A DNA stretch of 64,000 nt from a virus: IMG/VR virus record IMGVR_UViG_3300043015_002491, positions 32,001 to 96,000 of that record; one strand, 5' to 3'. Shown here in pieces: positions 17,883-26,387 of this stretch. How positions within the stretch are numbered: position 1 is the first letter of the stretch; each line of letters opens with the position of its first letter. The notes below the pieces were generated by a model, which did no database searches, was not told where the DNA came from, and saw only the letters and a program-made list of their open reading frames with translations. The position numbers were made by a program, and so were the translations under genes.

Positions 17883-17962
17883 TGGTGCGGTGGAGACGAC
17901 TTAACATCTTATTCTTAAGAATGGAAGAACCATATTTATATGGAAAACTTAAGAACCACCAC
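17883..17962 (-). ncRNA. tRNA-like RNA with encoded ACCA, no D-arm
   Basis: GTGGTGG/CCACCGC-ACCA acceptor, AGATG-TTAAGT-CGTCT T-like arm, TTCTTAAG/CTTAAGAA central stem. Confidence 0.6.
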
Positions 17963-17968
17963 ATGTTG

Positions 17969-17988
17969 TAGCGGGGGAGGGAATCGAA
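17969..17988. repeat. 20-bp direct repeat of tRNA-fMet 3' end
   Basis: TAGCGGGGGAGGGAATCGAA identical to 18784-18803. Confidence 0.9.
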
Positions 17989-18052
17989 AATGAACTTTCC
18001 CCACTCTCACATATATTTATGTTATATAACATAATATTTTAAATCTTCTATA

Positions 18053-18727
18053 ATGAAACCTTTATACACTGAAACCGAATTTGAAAATGCAAAATCAACT
18101 GATAAATTACCTTGCGAATGTTACCATTGTGGTAAGAGATTCACGGCAATGAAAAAATCAATAAAGCAAGAAATCAAACATAAAAGAGGTAGAATAAAAT
18201 TCTGTTCTCAAACTTGTAACTCAGCAAATCAAAAAACTAGTAAACTGGTTAAATGTGATAACTGCGGAACAGAGTTCTTGAAAAAACCTAACCAAATCAC
18301 TAAATCTAAGAATAACTTCTGTTCTAGGTCTTGTAACACATCTTATAATAACAAGAATAAGACTTGGGGTACTAGACGTTCCAAACTTGAAATTTGGTTA
18401 GAAGAACAATTAAGCATTCTATACCCAAATTTACATATTGATTATAATAAACCAAATGCGATTGGGTCTGAATTAGATATTCACATACCTTCTCTTAACT
18501 TAGCAATCGAATTAAATGGTATATTTCACTATGAACCTATATATGGTGTAGATAAACTACAAAAGATTCAAGAGAATGACCATTCTAAATCAAAAGCATG
18601 CCATGATAATCAAATCGATTTATGTGTTATCGATACTTCTGGTCAGAAATACTTTAAACCAAAGTCATCACAGAAGTATCTTGATATCATCACTAATATT
18701 CTCAATGAACGCTTATCAACTTCCTAG
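18053..18727 (+). CDS. Putative free-standing homing endonuclease (Cys-rich Zn repeats plus PD-(D/E)xK/Vsr-like domain)
   Basis: CxxC...FCS repeats; ELDIHIPSLNLAIELNGIFHY; opposite strand to neighbours. Confidence 0.72.
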   Translation: MKPLYTETEFENAKSTDKLPCECYHCGKRFTAMKKSIKQEIKHKRGRIKFCSQTCNSANQKTSKLVKCDNCGTEFLKKPNQITKSKNNFCSRSCNTSYNNKNKTWGTRRSKLEIWLEEQLSILYPNLHIDYNKPNAIGSELDIHIPSLNLAIELNGIFHYEPIYGVDKLQKIQENDHSKSKACHDNQIDLCVIDTSGQKYFKPKSSQKYLDIITNILNERLSTS

Positions 18728-18783
18728 TCACCAAAAATGGTGTGCAACAGTCACTACGTGCAAGTGAGTTGATTTCGACTGTC

Positions 18784-18855
18784 TAGCGGGGGAGGGAATC
18801 GAACCCCCGACCTCAAGGTTATGAGCCTTGCGAGCTACCTCTGCTCTACCCCGCA
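18784..18855 (-). tRNA. tRNA-Met(CAT), initiator-like
   Basis: TGCGGGGTAGAGCAG start with unpaired 1:72, CAAGG-CTCATAA-CCTTG arm. Confidence 0.9.
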
Positions 18856-18862
18856 ATATTAG

Positions 18863-18916
18863 TTCTTCGACTAGGACTTTCACCTAAAGATACTACTTAC
18901 GTTAGTATTCGAAGAA
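18863..18916 (-). ncRNA. Mini tRNA-like three-way junction
   Basis: TTCTTCGA/TCGAAGAA stem, ATACTA-7nt-TAGTAT hairpin, TAGG-TGAAAGT-CCTA hairpin. Confidence 0.5.
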
Positions 18917-18962
18917 TTGTACTTAAACGTTATTCCAAAATTCAGTACCAATATTTTAATAT

Positions 18963-19022
18963 CAGAATGGTATCTTTACAATAAATATTCAAAATTTAAC
19001 TTTAACTTGCTGTAACCATTCT
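18963..19022 (-). ncRNA. Small RNA family member D
   Basis: AGAATGG-TTACAGCAA...CCATTCT-G. Confidence 0.6.
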
Positions 19023-19106
19023 TTTCATTAGGATTAGTTTTTAACACTATTTATATAACACTTCAATAAAACAACAAATGAATTTATTACGCTAACCCTA
19101 TACTTG

Positions 19107-19187
19107 TGGGTCTTCTAGGAATCACACCTAGTATTAACATTACAAGGAGGTGAAGTGAGTGTAACGTCAATATATTTATTAAGACCC
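19107..19187 (-). ncRNA. tRNA-like RNA with anti-Shine-Dalgarno loop
   Basis: GGGTCTT/AAGACCC-A acceptor, CTAGG-TGTGATT-CCTAG T-like arm, 13-bp stem capped by CTCACTTCACCTCCT. Confidence 0.65.
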
Positions 19188-19247
19188 TTAATATCTTTTT
19201 TTTTTGTCTTTCAAGATGTCAATGAACTAACGTTCTTTTTATATATA

Positions 19248-19278
19248 CAAATATATAGATATATTTTTGTTTTGTCAA
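19248..19278 (-). promoter_or_regulatory. Host-type promoter for second RNA operon
   Basis: TTG-N20-TATATTTG; boxA-like GTTCATTGACA at 19217-19227. Confidence 0.7.
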
Positions 19279-19285
19279 GTTTTTT

Positions 19286-19522
19286 TTAAACTTTTTTTTC
19301 TAAAATATTAAAATCATCTGTATATTCCTCTATTATCACATAAATATGCTGTGTATCAGAAAAATTATAAACAACATTTACAACCCTATAATATTTATCA
19401 TACTCAGTTAAAAATATTAATTCGTGAGTCCTTGGTATGGCGGTAACCTTCATACTTTGTTTAACAATATTCCATTTCTCATCAAGTATTGTTACTTCAT
19501 GTTTTTTAAACCATTTAAACAT
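19286..19522 (-). CDS. Small hypothetical protein
   Basis: 78 aa ORF. Confidence 0.6.
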   Translation of the reverse strand: MFKWFKKHEVTILDEKWNIVKQSMKVTAIPRTHELIFLTEYDKYYRVVNVVYNFSDTQHIYVIIEEYTDDFNILEKKV

Positions 19523-19637
19523 ATAATTTTTTTAATTAAAATAACTATATTAAAAAAAAAATAAAGATTTAGACTTTATTTTACTAAATTTTGATATTTA
19601 TTTATAAATAGAATAACACTTAAAAAAATTAGAAATT

Positions 19638-19724
19638 ATGGGTTGCGGATGTAAAAAGAAAAATAAACCACAAACTAATACAACTAACAGTAACACACAA
19701 AGTAGTAGTAGTACTAGTAAATAA
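19638..19724 (+). CDS. 28-aa peptide MGCGCKKKNKPQTNTTNSNTQSSSSTSK
   Basis: Own ATATTTAT motif (19594-19601) and downstream terminator. Confidence 0.55.
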   Translation: MGCGCKKKNKPQTNTTNSNTQSSSSTSK

Positions 19725-19731
19725 AAGAAAT

Positions 19732-19762
19732 AAAAAAAGGGACTTTATCGAGTCCCTTTTTT
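19732..19762. terminator. Bidirectional terminator between convergent genes
   Basis: AAAAAAAGGGACTTTATCGAGTCCCTTTTT. Confidence 0.8.
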
Positions 19763-19779
19763 ATTTTTAAAAAGTATTA

Positions 19780-20016
19780 TTATTTTGGTAAATCCTTACC
19801 CTTACCGAAAATTTTAACCACTGATGCACCTAACATTGTACCAGAAAAGATAAGCATTGAATCGAACATTTCTTTATCTATTTTATAGAAATTAAACCCA
19901 TCAGCAATAAATGCTGCAAATGCTAATAATCCAGCAATAATACCCATTGTTTTTTTTGATGAGAATTTTTCTTCATTCTTATCTTCCGTAAAGATGTCTT
20001 TAATAAATTCTTTCAT
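19780..20016 (-). CDS. Small two-TM membrane protein (holin-like possible)
   Basis: Two hydrophobic segments, basic C-terminus. Confidence 0.6.
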   Translation of the reverse strand: MKEFIKDIFTEDKNEEKFSSKKTMGIIAGLLAFAAFIADGFNFYKIDKEMFDSMLIFSGTMLGASVVKIFGKGKDLPK

Positions 20017-20117
20017 AGTTTATAAGTTTTAAGTTTTGTTTATATACAATAAATATTTAACAAAACAAAAAAAGCCTCAATAATGAGGCTCTTTAAGAAA
20101 CTTATAATCATGGAGAA

Positions 20118-20561
20118 TTACGAAATAGAAACAACTTCTAATTCAAAAACTAAGTCTTTTCCAGCTAATGGATGATTAGCATCCAAAACAACTGTATCTT
20201 CTTTTACTTCTTTAACTGTTACAACCATCGGACCTTGAGGACCGTCAGCTTGAAGTAACTCACCTTCTTTAACTGTTGGTGGTACATATTGTTTTTCAAC
20301 TTCTTGAAGTCTATCACTTAATATAGGTCCATAAGCCTTATCTGAAGTGATTGTAACTGTTTTAGTTTCACCTTCTTTCATTCCTTGTAATGCTTCTTCG
20401 AAACCTGGGATAACTAACCCTTTTCCTAATTGCACTTCTAATGGTTCTTTATCTTGAAAATCTGTACCCTCTACAGCCTTAGAAGAATCAAAAACTTCAT
20501 CGTTAGTAAATTTACCTGTGTAATGCACCTTAACTGTGCTGTCTTCTTTAATAATTGACAT
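20118..20561 (-). CDS. FKBP-type peptidyl-prolyl isomerase (SlyD/SlpA-like)
   Basis: VKVHYTG, FDSS, IPGFEEAL, AYG, DANHPLAGKDLVF. Confidence 0.92.
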   Translation of the reverse strand: MSIIKEDSTVKVHYTGKFTNDEVFDSSKAVEGTDFQDKEPLEVQLGKGLVIPGFEEALQGMKEGETKTVTITSDKAYGPILSDRLQEVEKQYVPPTVKEGELLQADGPQGPMVVTVKEVKEDTVVLDANHPLAGKDLVFELEVVSIS

Positions 20562-20701
20562 AATAACTTTTTTTTTTTATTTTTAATTATGGTACAAATA
20601 TACCACCTTTATTTTAAATTGTCAAGTAAAAACGAAAAAACCCTCACTAGGAGGGTTTCTTAATTTCCATCTGGCGAAATCAGAATGGAATGCTTGAGCA
20701 G

Positions 20702-21070
20702 TGGAGTTGCTCGGATTCGAACCGAGGTCTTACTTACTCATAAAGAGCTTTCTACATGCTTATCTGGTTTCTAATTCCAGCAAAGTTTAACAGTTCCCTT
20801 ATTTTAGTAGTTCGTTTTACTGATAACTAATCTTCTACCCTTATTTTAACACCTTTGGTTGGTCGTTCCTGTGGGTTTCCCCAGTGCATTACTCTGTTAG
20901 GCGAATGCTACCTCTCCTACACCTACTTCTACAGAAGCAGTGTCAAGGAAGTTTTCAGCGATGTCAAATTCGTTTCCATCTAAAAATTTGATAGGTAATT
21001 AAAGTGTTTCCAATCTAACACTGCATGCTTACTAATCACGACTATAAGCAATCAATAGCCAGTCAACCCC
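20702..21070 (-). ncRNA. ssrA: tmRNA
   Basis: GGGGTTG/CAACTCC-A acceptor with G3-U70, GCATG boxes, T-arm GGTTCGAATCC; tag frame 20977-20897 GNEFDIAENFLDTASVEVGVEEVAFA. Confidence 0.9.
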
Positions 21071-21208
21071 ATAATATTAAAGAACGTATCTTATAAATAT
21101 ACACAAATATATTAAAAGTTTTTTTAAATGTCAAGTAAAATTAAAAAAAAATGAGGAAATCTTTCGAAATCCCCATTTTAAAAATCGGAGTGTTAATTTT
21201 GTTATTTG

Positions 21209-21601
21209 TTAATCAGTAAGTAATTGTTTACTTGCTGGCATGTTATTATTTGAATTTTTTAGAGTTTCAATCTCTTTTTTATTGTAGTTTATAGTTCTTA
21301 CAAACTTATCATCCAAGTCTTTTATTTTAGTGTCTAACTTGTCACACCTTGAATCTATGAATCTTCTAGTTTCATCATCCTCTTGATTCATTTGTTGATA
21401 AATTTCAGTGACATGACGTTCCAAATCACTAATTAGGTTTTCAAACCTTTTATCTAACTCATTATAGATGTTTTCATTTTCTCTATCGAAATCATTAACA
21501 TCAACCTTTTTTTTCAACTTAACAAACGCAACCACAATAGCTGTAACTACTGCAACTACACCTAATGTTGCTAAGACTGTTATTAAAATTATCATTTCCA
21601 T
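21209..21601 (-). CDS. Membrane-anchored coiled-coil protein
   Basis: N-terminal TM helix, coiled coil. Confidence 0.7.
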   Translation of the reverse strand: MEMIILITVLATLGVVAVVTAIVVAFVKLKKKVDVNDFDRENENIYNELDKRFENLISDLERHVTEIYQQMNQEDDETRRFIDSRCDKLDTKIKDLDDKFVRTINYNKKEIETLKNSNNNMPASKQLLTD

Positions 21602-21679
21602 ATTAATTTAATTTTTTAATAACACCCCGATTTATTATAAATGTAATAAAAACCCAACTAAGTAAAGTGGTGTCTTAAA

Positions 21680-22384
21680 TTATTTCTTGTTTGTTACAAT
21701 ACCATCAATGATACCATACTCTAGAGCTTCGTCAGCTGTAAGCCAATTATCTCTATTACAATCTGCTAATACTTGTGCGACATCCTTACCACAATAATCA
21801 GCAAGCATACCAAATAATTTATCATTATACTTGATAGCTTCAGCAATACTAATTCTCATATCTTCTACGTGACCTTGAGCCCCAGCAGATACTTGATGTA
21901 ACATTACCTTAGAACTTGGTAGAGAATATCTTTTACCCTTAGTTCCAGCACCTAATAGGATTGAACCCATCGATGCGGCCATACCAGTATTAATTGTTTG
22001 AATATCTGAACTAACATAATTCATAACATCAACCATTGATAAACCAGATTTAACTGAACCACCTGGTGAGTCAACATGCATTGTAATCGTCTTACCTGGT
22101 TCTAAGTTATCTAAGAACATTAACTGTGCTTGAACAACTGTACTCATTTGGTCATTAACTGGACCAGCAACCCAAAGAATCCTATCCATCATAAGTCTTG
22201 AGAAGATATCCATTTGAGTTACTCTCATTTCTCTTTCTTCCAAGATGTATGGTGTAAGACTTCCACTTACTTGAGTGTTATTGTATATAGTAGCTTGTAA
22301 GTTCTCCCAATAATGGAATTGAATACTACTAATCCCCATATGCTTTGTAGCATAATCTTTAAATTCACTATAAAAATCTAACAT
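21680..22384 (-). CDS. clpP: ATP-dependent Clp protease proteolytic subunit (likely start MLDFY)
   Basis: DIFSRLMMDRI, SPGGSV, AASMG, MLHQ, RDNWL. Confidence 0.93.
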   Translation of the reverse strand: MLDFYSEFKDYATKHMGISSIQFHYWENLQATIYNNTQVSGSLTPYILEEREMRVTQMDIFSRLMMDRILWVAGPVNDQMSTVVQAQLMFLDNLEPGKTITMHVDSPGGSVKSGLSMVDVMNYVSSDIQTINTGMAASMGSILLGAGTKGKRYSLPSSKVMLHQVSAGAQGHVEDMRISIAEAIKYNDKLFGMLADYCGKDVAQVLADCNRDNWLTADEALEYGIIDGIVTNKK

Positions 22385-22385
22385 A

Positions 22386-22640
22386 TTATTCTTCGTTTGT
22401 ATAAATAAAGACTGGGGTATATTCACCCATCCAAGACCCTATTATATTATATTGGAAATATTCCATAGCTTCTTCATATGTCATATCATCACGTTCAACT
22501 AGTATTTCCAAAATCTTTTCTACACTATAAGCAGCAACTGGACCTAAATTAATCCTTTCAGCAACACCTATGATGGCTTCATCGAAACCATCACAGATTA
22601 ATGCTTCTTCGTTGTATTCTGCAACTTCTTCTGGAGTCAT
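22386..22640 (-). CDS. Phage hypothetical protein
   Basis: DGFDEAIIG...EEAMEYFQYNIIGSWMGEYTP. Confidence 0.75.
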   Translation of the reverse strand: MTPEEVAEYNEEALICDGFDEAIIGVAERINLGPVAAYSVEKILEILVERDDMTYEEAMEYFQYNIIGSWMGEYTPVFIYTNEE

Positions 22641-23056
22641 TATACTTCAGCTTCTTCTTTCTCTACTTGGTATAATGTTTTGATAGATTCACGAACAACT
22701 TCGTATCTTTCATAACCATACTTAGAAAGTAATCCAGAGAATGTTTCGATATCACCCTTCTTAATTTCTAACTTGTCTTTTTCTGTATCAAAATACACAC
22801 CAGCTAAGGCTTCTTCCGCTACGATTACTTTTTGCCAATCCTCTAATTGTTCAAAGATTTGTTCATTAACAAAAATGTATAAGTCATTTTTTGTTTCAAA
22901 CTTTAACAATGGATTTGCTTTAACAACCTTAGTGATTGTTTTACATTTGTTGTCAGAAAGTAACTTGATATTTACATATCTGTCCAATTCTGCGTTTGCG
23001 ATTACACCATCAAAAATCTCTTGTGTGTCATCAAATGGTTCTTCATACTTTGCCAT
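22640..23056 (-). CDS. Hypothetical protein
   Basis: 138 aa, coupled to downstream gene. Confidence 0.7.
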   Translation of the reverse strand: MAKYEEPFDDTQEIFDGVIANAELDRYVNIKLLSDNKCKTITKVVKANPLLKFETKNDLYIFVNEQIFEQLEDWQKVIVAEEALAGVYFDTEKDKLEIKKGDIETFSGLLSKYGYERYEVVRESIKTLYQVEKEEAEV

Positions 23057-23088
23057 AAAAATTTAATTTATATTGATTATTAATTAAT

Positions 23089-23298
23089 TTACTTCATTAA
23101 ATGTGCTATAAAACTTATAATAAGACCGATACCTATAATAACTAAACCTAACGCTAAAGGAATCCATAATGGAGATGTTACCCACCACCAAGACCAATTA
23201 GCTACTTGACCAATCTCGGCCAATTTCATGACTAGGAATACAATGAAAATAAATCCACCTAAACCTATACCATTACTTGTCACTTTTTCTTTACTCAT
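23089..23298 (-). CDS. Small membrane protein
   Basis: WSWWWVTSPLWIP motif, two TM segments. Confidence 0.75.
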   Translation of the reverse strand: MSKEKVTSNGIGLGGFIFIVFLVMKLAEIGQVANWSWWWVTSPLWIPLALGLVIIGIGLIISFIAHLMK

Positions 23299-23346
23299 AT
23301 CATTTAATTTTTAACAAATATATAAACTTTATTATTTATATGCAAG

Positions 23347-24372
23347 TTATTTTTTAATATTTTTTAATTTTTCTATTACCTCTTTTTCTGAATCACTTAA
23401 CTCAGTTGGCATTTCGATATCTAAAATAATCATCATATCACCTCTAATATTTGTATTATATTTAAACAAACCTTTATTAACTACCCTTAAATTATCACCA
23501 ATTTTGCTATATTCTGGTACTGTAACCCTAATTTTACCACCGTCAATAGTTGGTACTTCCACTTTATCACCTAAGACTAACTGAGGATAACTTAATTTAA
23601 GGTTATACTTCAAGTTATCACCATTTCTAATAAAATTATCATTGTTATTGACAAATAATTTAATTAGAAGTCTACCAGGTGTGCCTTGTTTAACACCATG
23701 ACCCATACCAACATATTCCATTGTATCACCATCCTTAACACCCTTTGGGATTGTCACTTCAACCGTTTCTTCTTTATTAATTGTACCATTACCATGACAT
23801 GTACCACATATATTTTCAACAACTGAACCACTACCACCGCATTGGTCACAATCGATAACTTGTCTCATTTGACCTAGAGGTGTGTTAATAACATTCATTA
23901 TACTACCATTACCTTTACACTTAGGACAAGTTTTTTTACCCGTTCCACCATCAGAATTACAAGTCATACATGGCGCATTTCTCCTATATTTAAATTTCTT
24001 AGTGACACCGTTAAAAACTTCTTCTAATGAAATTCTTACATTTATAACTAAATCATGACCTCGACTTTGCTCTCGTTTAGTAAACGGATTCCTACCACCA
24101 CCAAAACCAAATTCACGCATTATATCTTCCATAGATTGACTACCAAATGGATTACCACCCCTAGGGTCAGCTGAACCAAACCTATCATAATTAGTTCTTT
24201 TGTTAGAATCACTTAATACATCATAAGCTTCAGCAATATCTTTAAATTTTTCTTCACCATCTGGGTTTACGTCTGGGTGATACTTTTTAGATAACTTTCT
24301 ATAAGCTTTTTTAATGTCCGATTCTGTGGCGTTTTTTTCAACACCCAATATTCCATAATAATCTTTACTCAT
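23347..24372 (-). CDS. dnaJ: DnaJ chaperone
   Basis: J domain with HPD, four CxxCxGxG-type repeats, C-terminal domain. Confidence 0.93.
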   Translation of the reverse strand: MSKDYYGILGVEKNATESDIKKAYRKLSKKYHPDVNPDGEEKFKDIAEAYDVLSDSNKRTNYDRFGSADPRGGNPFGSQSMEDIMREFGFGGGRNPFTKREQSRGHDLVINVRISLEEVFNGVTKKFKYRRNAPCMTCNSDGGTGKKTCPKCKGNGSIMNVINTPLGQMRQVIDCDQCGGSGSVVENICGTCHGNGTINKEETVEVTIPKGVKDGDTMEYVGMGHGVKQGTPGRLLIKLFVNNNDNFIRNGDNLKYNLKLSYPQLVLGDKVEVPTIDGGKIRVTVPEYSKIGDNLRVVNKGLFKYNTNIRGDMMIILDIEMPTELSDSEKEVIEKLKNIKK

Positions 24373-24414
24373 CTATTTATTTTTTTACAAATATAGCTAT
24401 AATTATTGAATATG

Positions 24415-25071
24415 TACAGGGTAATACTCACTAAAAACGGAAAATATAAGCAAACACTTCATAGATGTAAAACTATGGAGACATCTTTTATTAACTATAA
24501 TAGATTTATTGAGGAAAATAAGACAGTATTATTCCCAAGGAAACATATAAATTATAACGGAATTAAATCGGTTGAATATCGCATTTATGTTGTTAAAGAC
24601 ACTGAAGAAGGTGATGAGTTTAGAATACTCAGAGATAAAATGGGTAGGACTTATGAAGAGCAGCCATTATTTGGAATTTGGACAGTTTTGGCTGACCATG
24701 AATATGAAATTGAGGAAACATTTTGGATGTTTGGTAAAGACCCTAAGTATGATAGGGTTACTATACATGATATCGCAAAACCAATGATGGAAGGTGCTTA
24801 TAAACAAAAAATGACAAAACAAATAATTATTGTACATAATAAATTAGTCTTACATAATGAAGAACAATTCGAAATGATTATTTGTAAGAATAAACTTGAT
24901 GCTCAAAGACTCCATCATACCCTACATAAGGCTTGTAAAAAGAATAAAATAAAGAGTGTTATATTCATGGGTACAGCTAGTCCAGCTACCGTATCAAGAA
25001 TGTATGAATTAATTCAAGAAAAGACTGGGTGGCCAATTGAAAAAGTGCGTAGGACTTCTACTCGCCCTTAA
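24415..25071 (+). CDS. Hypothetical protein
   Basis: ~220 aa ORF filling gap between convergent and divergent genes; start approximate. Confidence 0.7.
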   Translation, partial: YRVILTKNGKYKQTLHRCKTMETSFINYNRFIEENKTVLFPRKHINYNGIKSVEYRIYVVKDTEEGDEFRILRDKMGRTYEEQPLFGIWTVLADHEYEIEETFWMFGKDPKYDRVTIHDIAKPMMEGAYKQKMTKQIIIVHNKLVLHNEEQFEMIICKNKLDAQRLHHTLHKACKKNKIKSVIFMGTASPATVSRMYELIQEKTGWPIEKVRRTSTRP

Positions 25072-25492
25072 AAGACTTCAAAAATTCAATCTTTTTATGT
25101 TTAGGTTGCTTTTTAACCTTATTTTCTAATTTAAGAGCTTCAGATTTGCTTTCTACTGCACGATAAGCTTCTAATATTACAGGTAACCTACCTCTGGTAT
25201 ATTTCGCTCCATTGCCGCTTCTATGGGCTTCTAAACGTTTAATTATGTTATTAGTCATGCCACAATATAGTGTTCCATCAGCACATCTAAGTATGTAAAC
25301 ACACCAGGTTGGTTCGTAGCCATCTAAAAACTGAACAGCATCAGATTCAAGTAGCATAGCCATATTCATCTTAGGGTTACCCTTACCAATACCTTCTAAC
25401 AAACCAAGTTCGTTCCATTTATTGATAATTTCTTCACGCATTTTTTTTAAGCGTTTTATCCCGTCACTATTAGTATTTAATAATCTACTCAT
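25058..25492 (-). CDS. GIY-YIG nuclease (UPF0213-like) with N-terminal extension
   Basis: VYILRCADGTLYCGMT, RLEAH, GAKYTRGR, EALKLE. Confidence 0.85.
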   Translation of the reverse strand: MSRLLNTNSDGIKRLKKMREEIINKWNELGLLEGIGKGNPKMNMAMLLESDAVQFLDGYEPTWCVYILRCADGTLYCGMTNNIIKRLEAHRSGNGAKYTRGRLPVILEAYRAVESKSEALKLENKVKKQPKHKKIEFLKSFKGE

Positions 25493-25645
25493 ATTAAACC
25501 TTGCTCATCTTGAAGGTAATCTTCAAGGTTCTTTATTATTCTTGTTAAATCCTTATAATCTTGACTTTCTTTACCACCGTCTTTTAGTTCAACTAAAAGC
25601 TCTTCTACACGATATAAAAGAGCTAGTAATTGGTGTTCTCTATGA

Positions 25646-25972
25646 TTAGTCCTCTCTCCCCCCATCAGTTTCGATTTCAGATTCTGGTGAATCCTTACCT
25701 TCATCAGCACCTTGACCTATATCAAAGTTCTTAGTAAGGTCTTCAACAATTTTATTTATTCTTTCCATATCAGCTTCAGCAACTTGTACTGGGTTGATAC
25801 ATTCAATTCTTTCTTCACCATCCGTTGGTATAAAGAAAGCCATTGCGTTTGCTTTTTTTTGAACTAAAGCATCATTCACTGAGTTAGCGAATGGTTGTAT
25901 AATATCTGGATTCATCATCATTTCTCTATCCAAATAAAATACTAAATAAGTTGTTTGTTCGTTTTTACTCAT
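25646..25972 (-). CDS. Hypothetical protein
   Basis: 108 aa ORF overlapping upstream stop. Confidence 0.7.
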   Translation of the reverse strand: MSKNEQTTYLVFYLDREMMMNPDIIQPFANSVNDALVQKKANAMAFFIPTDGEERIECINPVQVAEADMERINKIVEDLTKNFDIGQGADEGKDSPESEIETDGGRED

Positions 25973-26387
25973 TATTACTATTATTATTACTATTATTATT
26001 ACTATTATTATATTTTTCCCTAGCCCTAGAACTAATCATTTCTGGGTCACCATCTTCATCGAGTCTAACAAATACAAGTGTATTATTAGCTATTAATTTT
26101 TGTTCCCCAGAATAAGGGTTGTGTCTCCTAACTTCTATTTCGATAGTCACTGAAGTTCTACCTAATTTAACCACTTCACCGTAAATTTTTACGATTCGGT
26201 TAACCTTAACCTTTTTATTAAATGAGACCTCACCAAATTTAGCTGTAACCACTCTTGGTGTGTCAGCAGCTTCAGCTGCCAAGATTCCCCCAGCTTCATC
26301 CATCCAACCTAGTAACTTACCACCGAAAAGATTTCCATGTGTTCCTAAGTCAGATTCCTTAACAATTCTTGATGTTATTAGTTCCAT
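25965..26387 (-). CDS. Hotdog-fold acyl-CoA thioesterase
   Basis: DLGTHGNLFGGKLLGWMDEA, GRTSV, FVRLD. Confidence 0.85.
   Translation of the reverse strand: MELITSRIVKESDLGTHGNLFGGKLLGWMDEAGGILAAEAADTPRVVTAKFGEVSFNKKVKVNRIVKIYGEVVKLGRTSVTIEIEVRRHNPYSGEQKLIANNTLVFVRLDEDGDPEMISSRAREKYNNSNNNSNNNSNNE

Noticed and set aside
18738-18780. Hairpin followed by ACCA downstream of tRNA-fMet
   Set aside because: No acceptor/T-arm geometry; too weak to call.
17969-18803. Prophage attL/attR pair
   Set aside because: Repeats enclose only ~0.8 kb without an integrase; kept as an endonuclease cassette.
25973-26010. ATT/ACT trinucleotide runs (also 31660-31683)
   Set aside because: Low-complexity poly-Asn C-terminal tails, no further structure.
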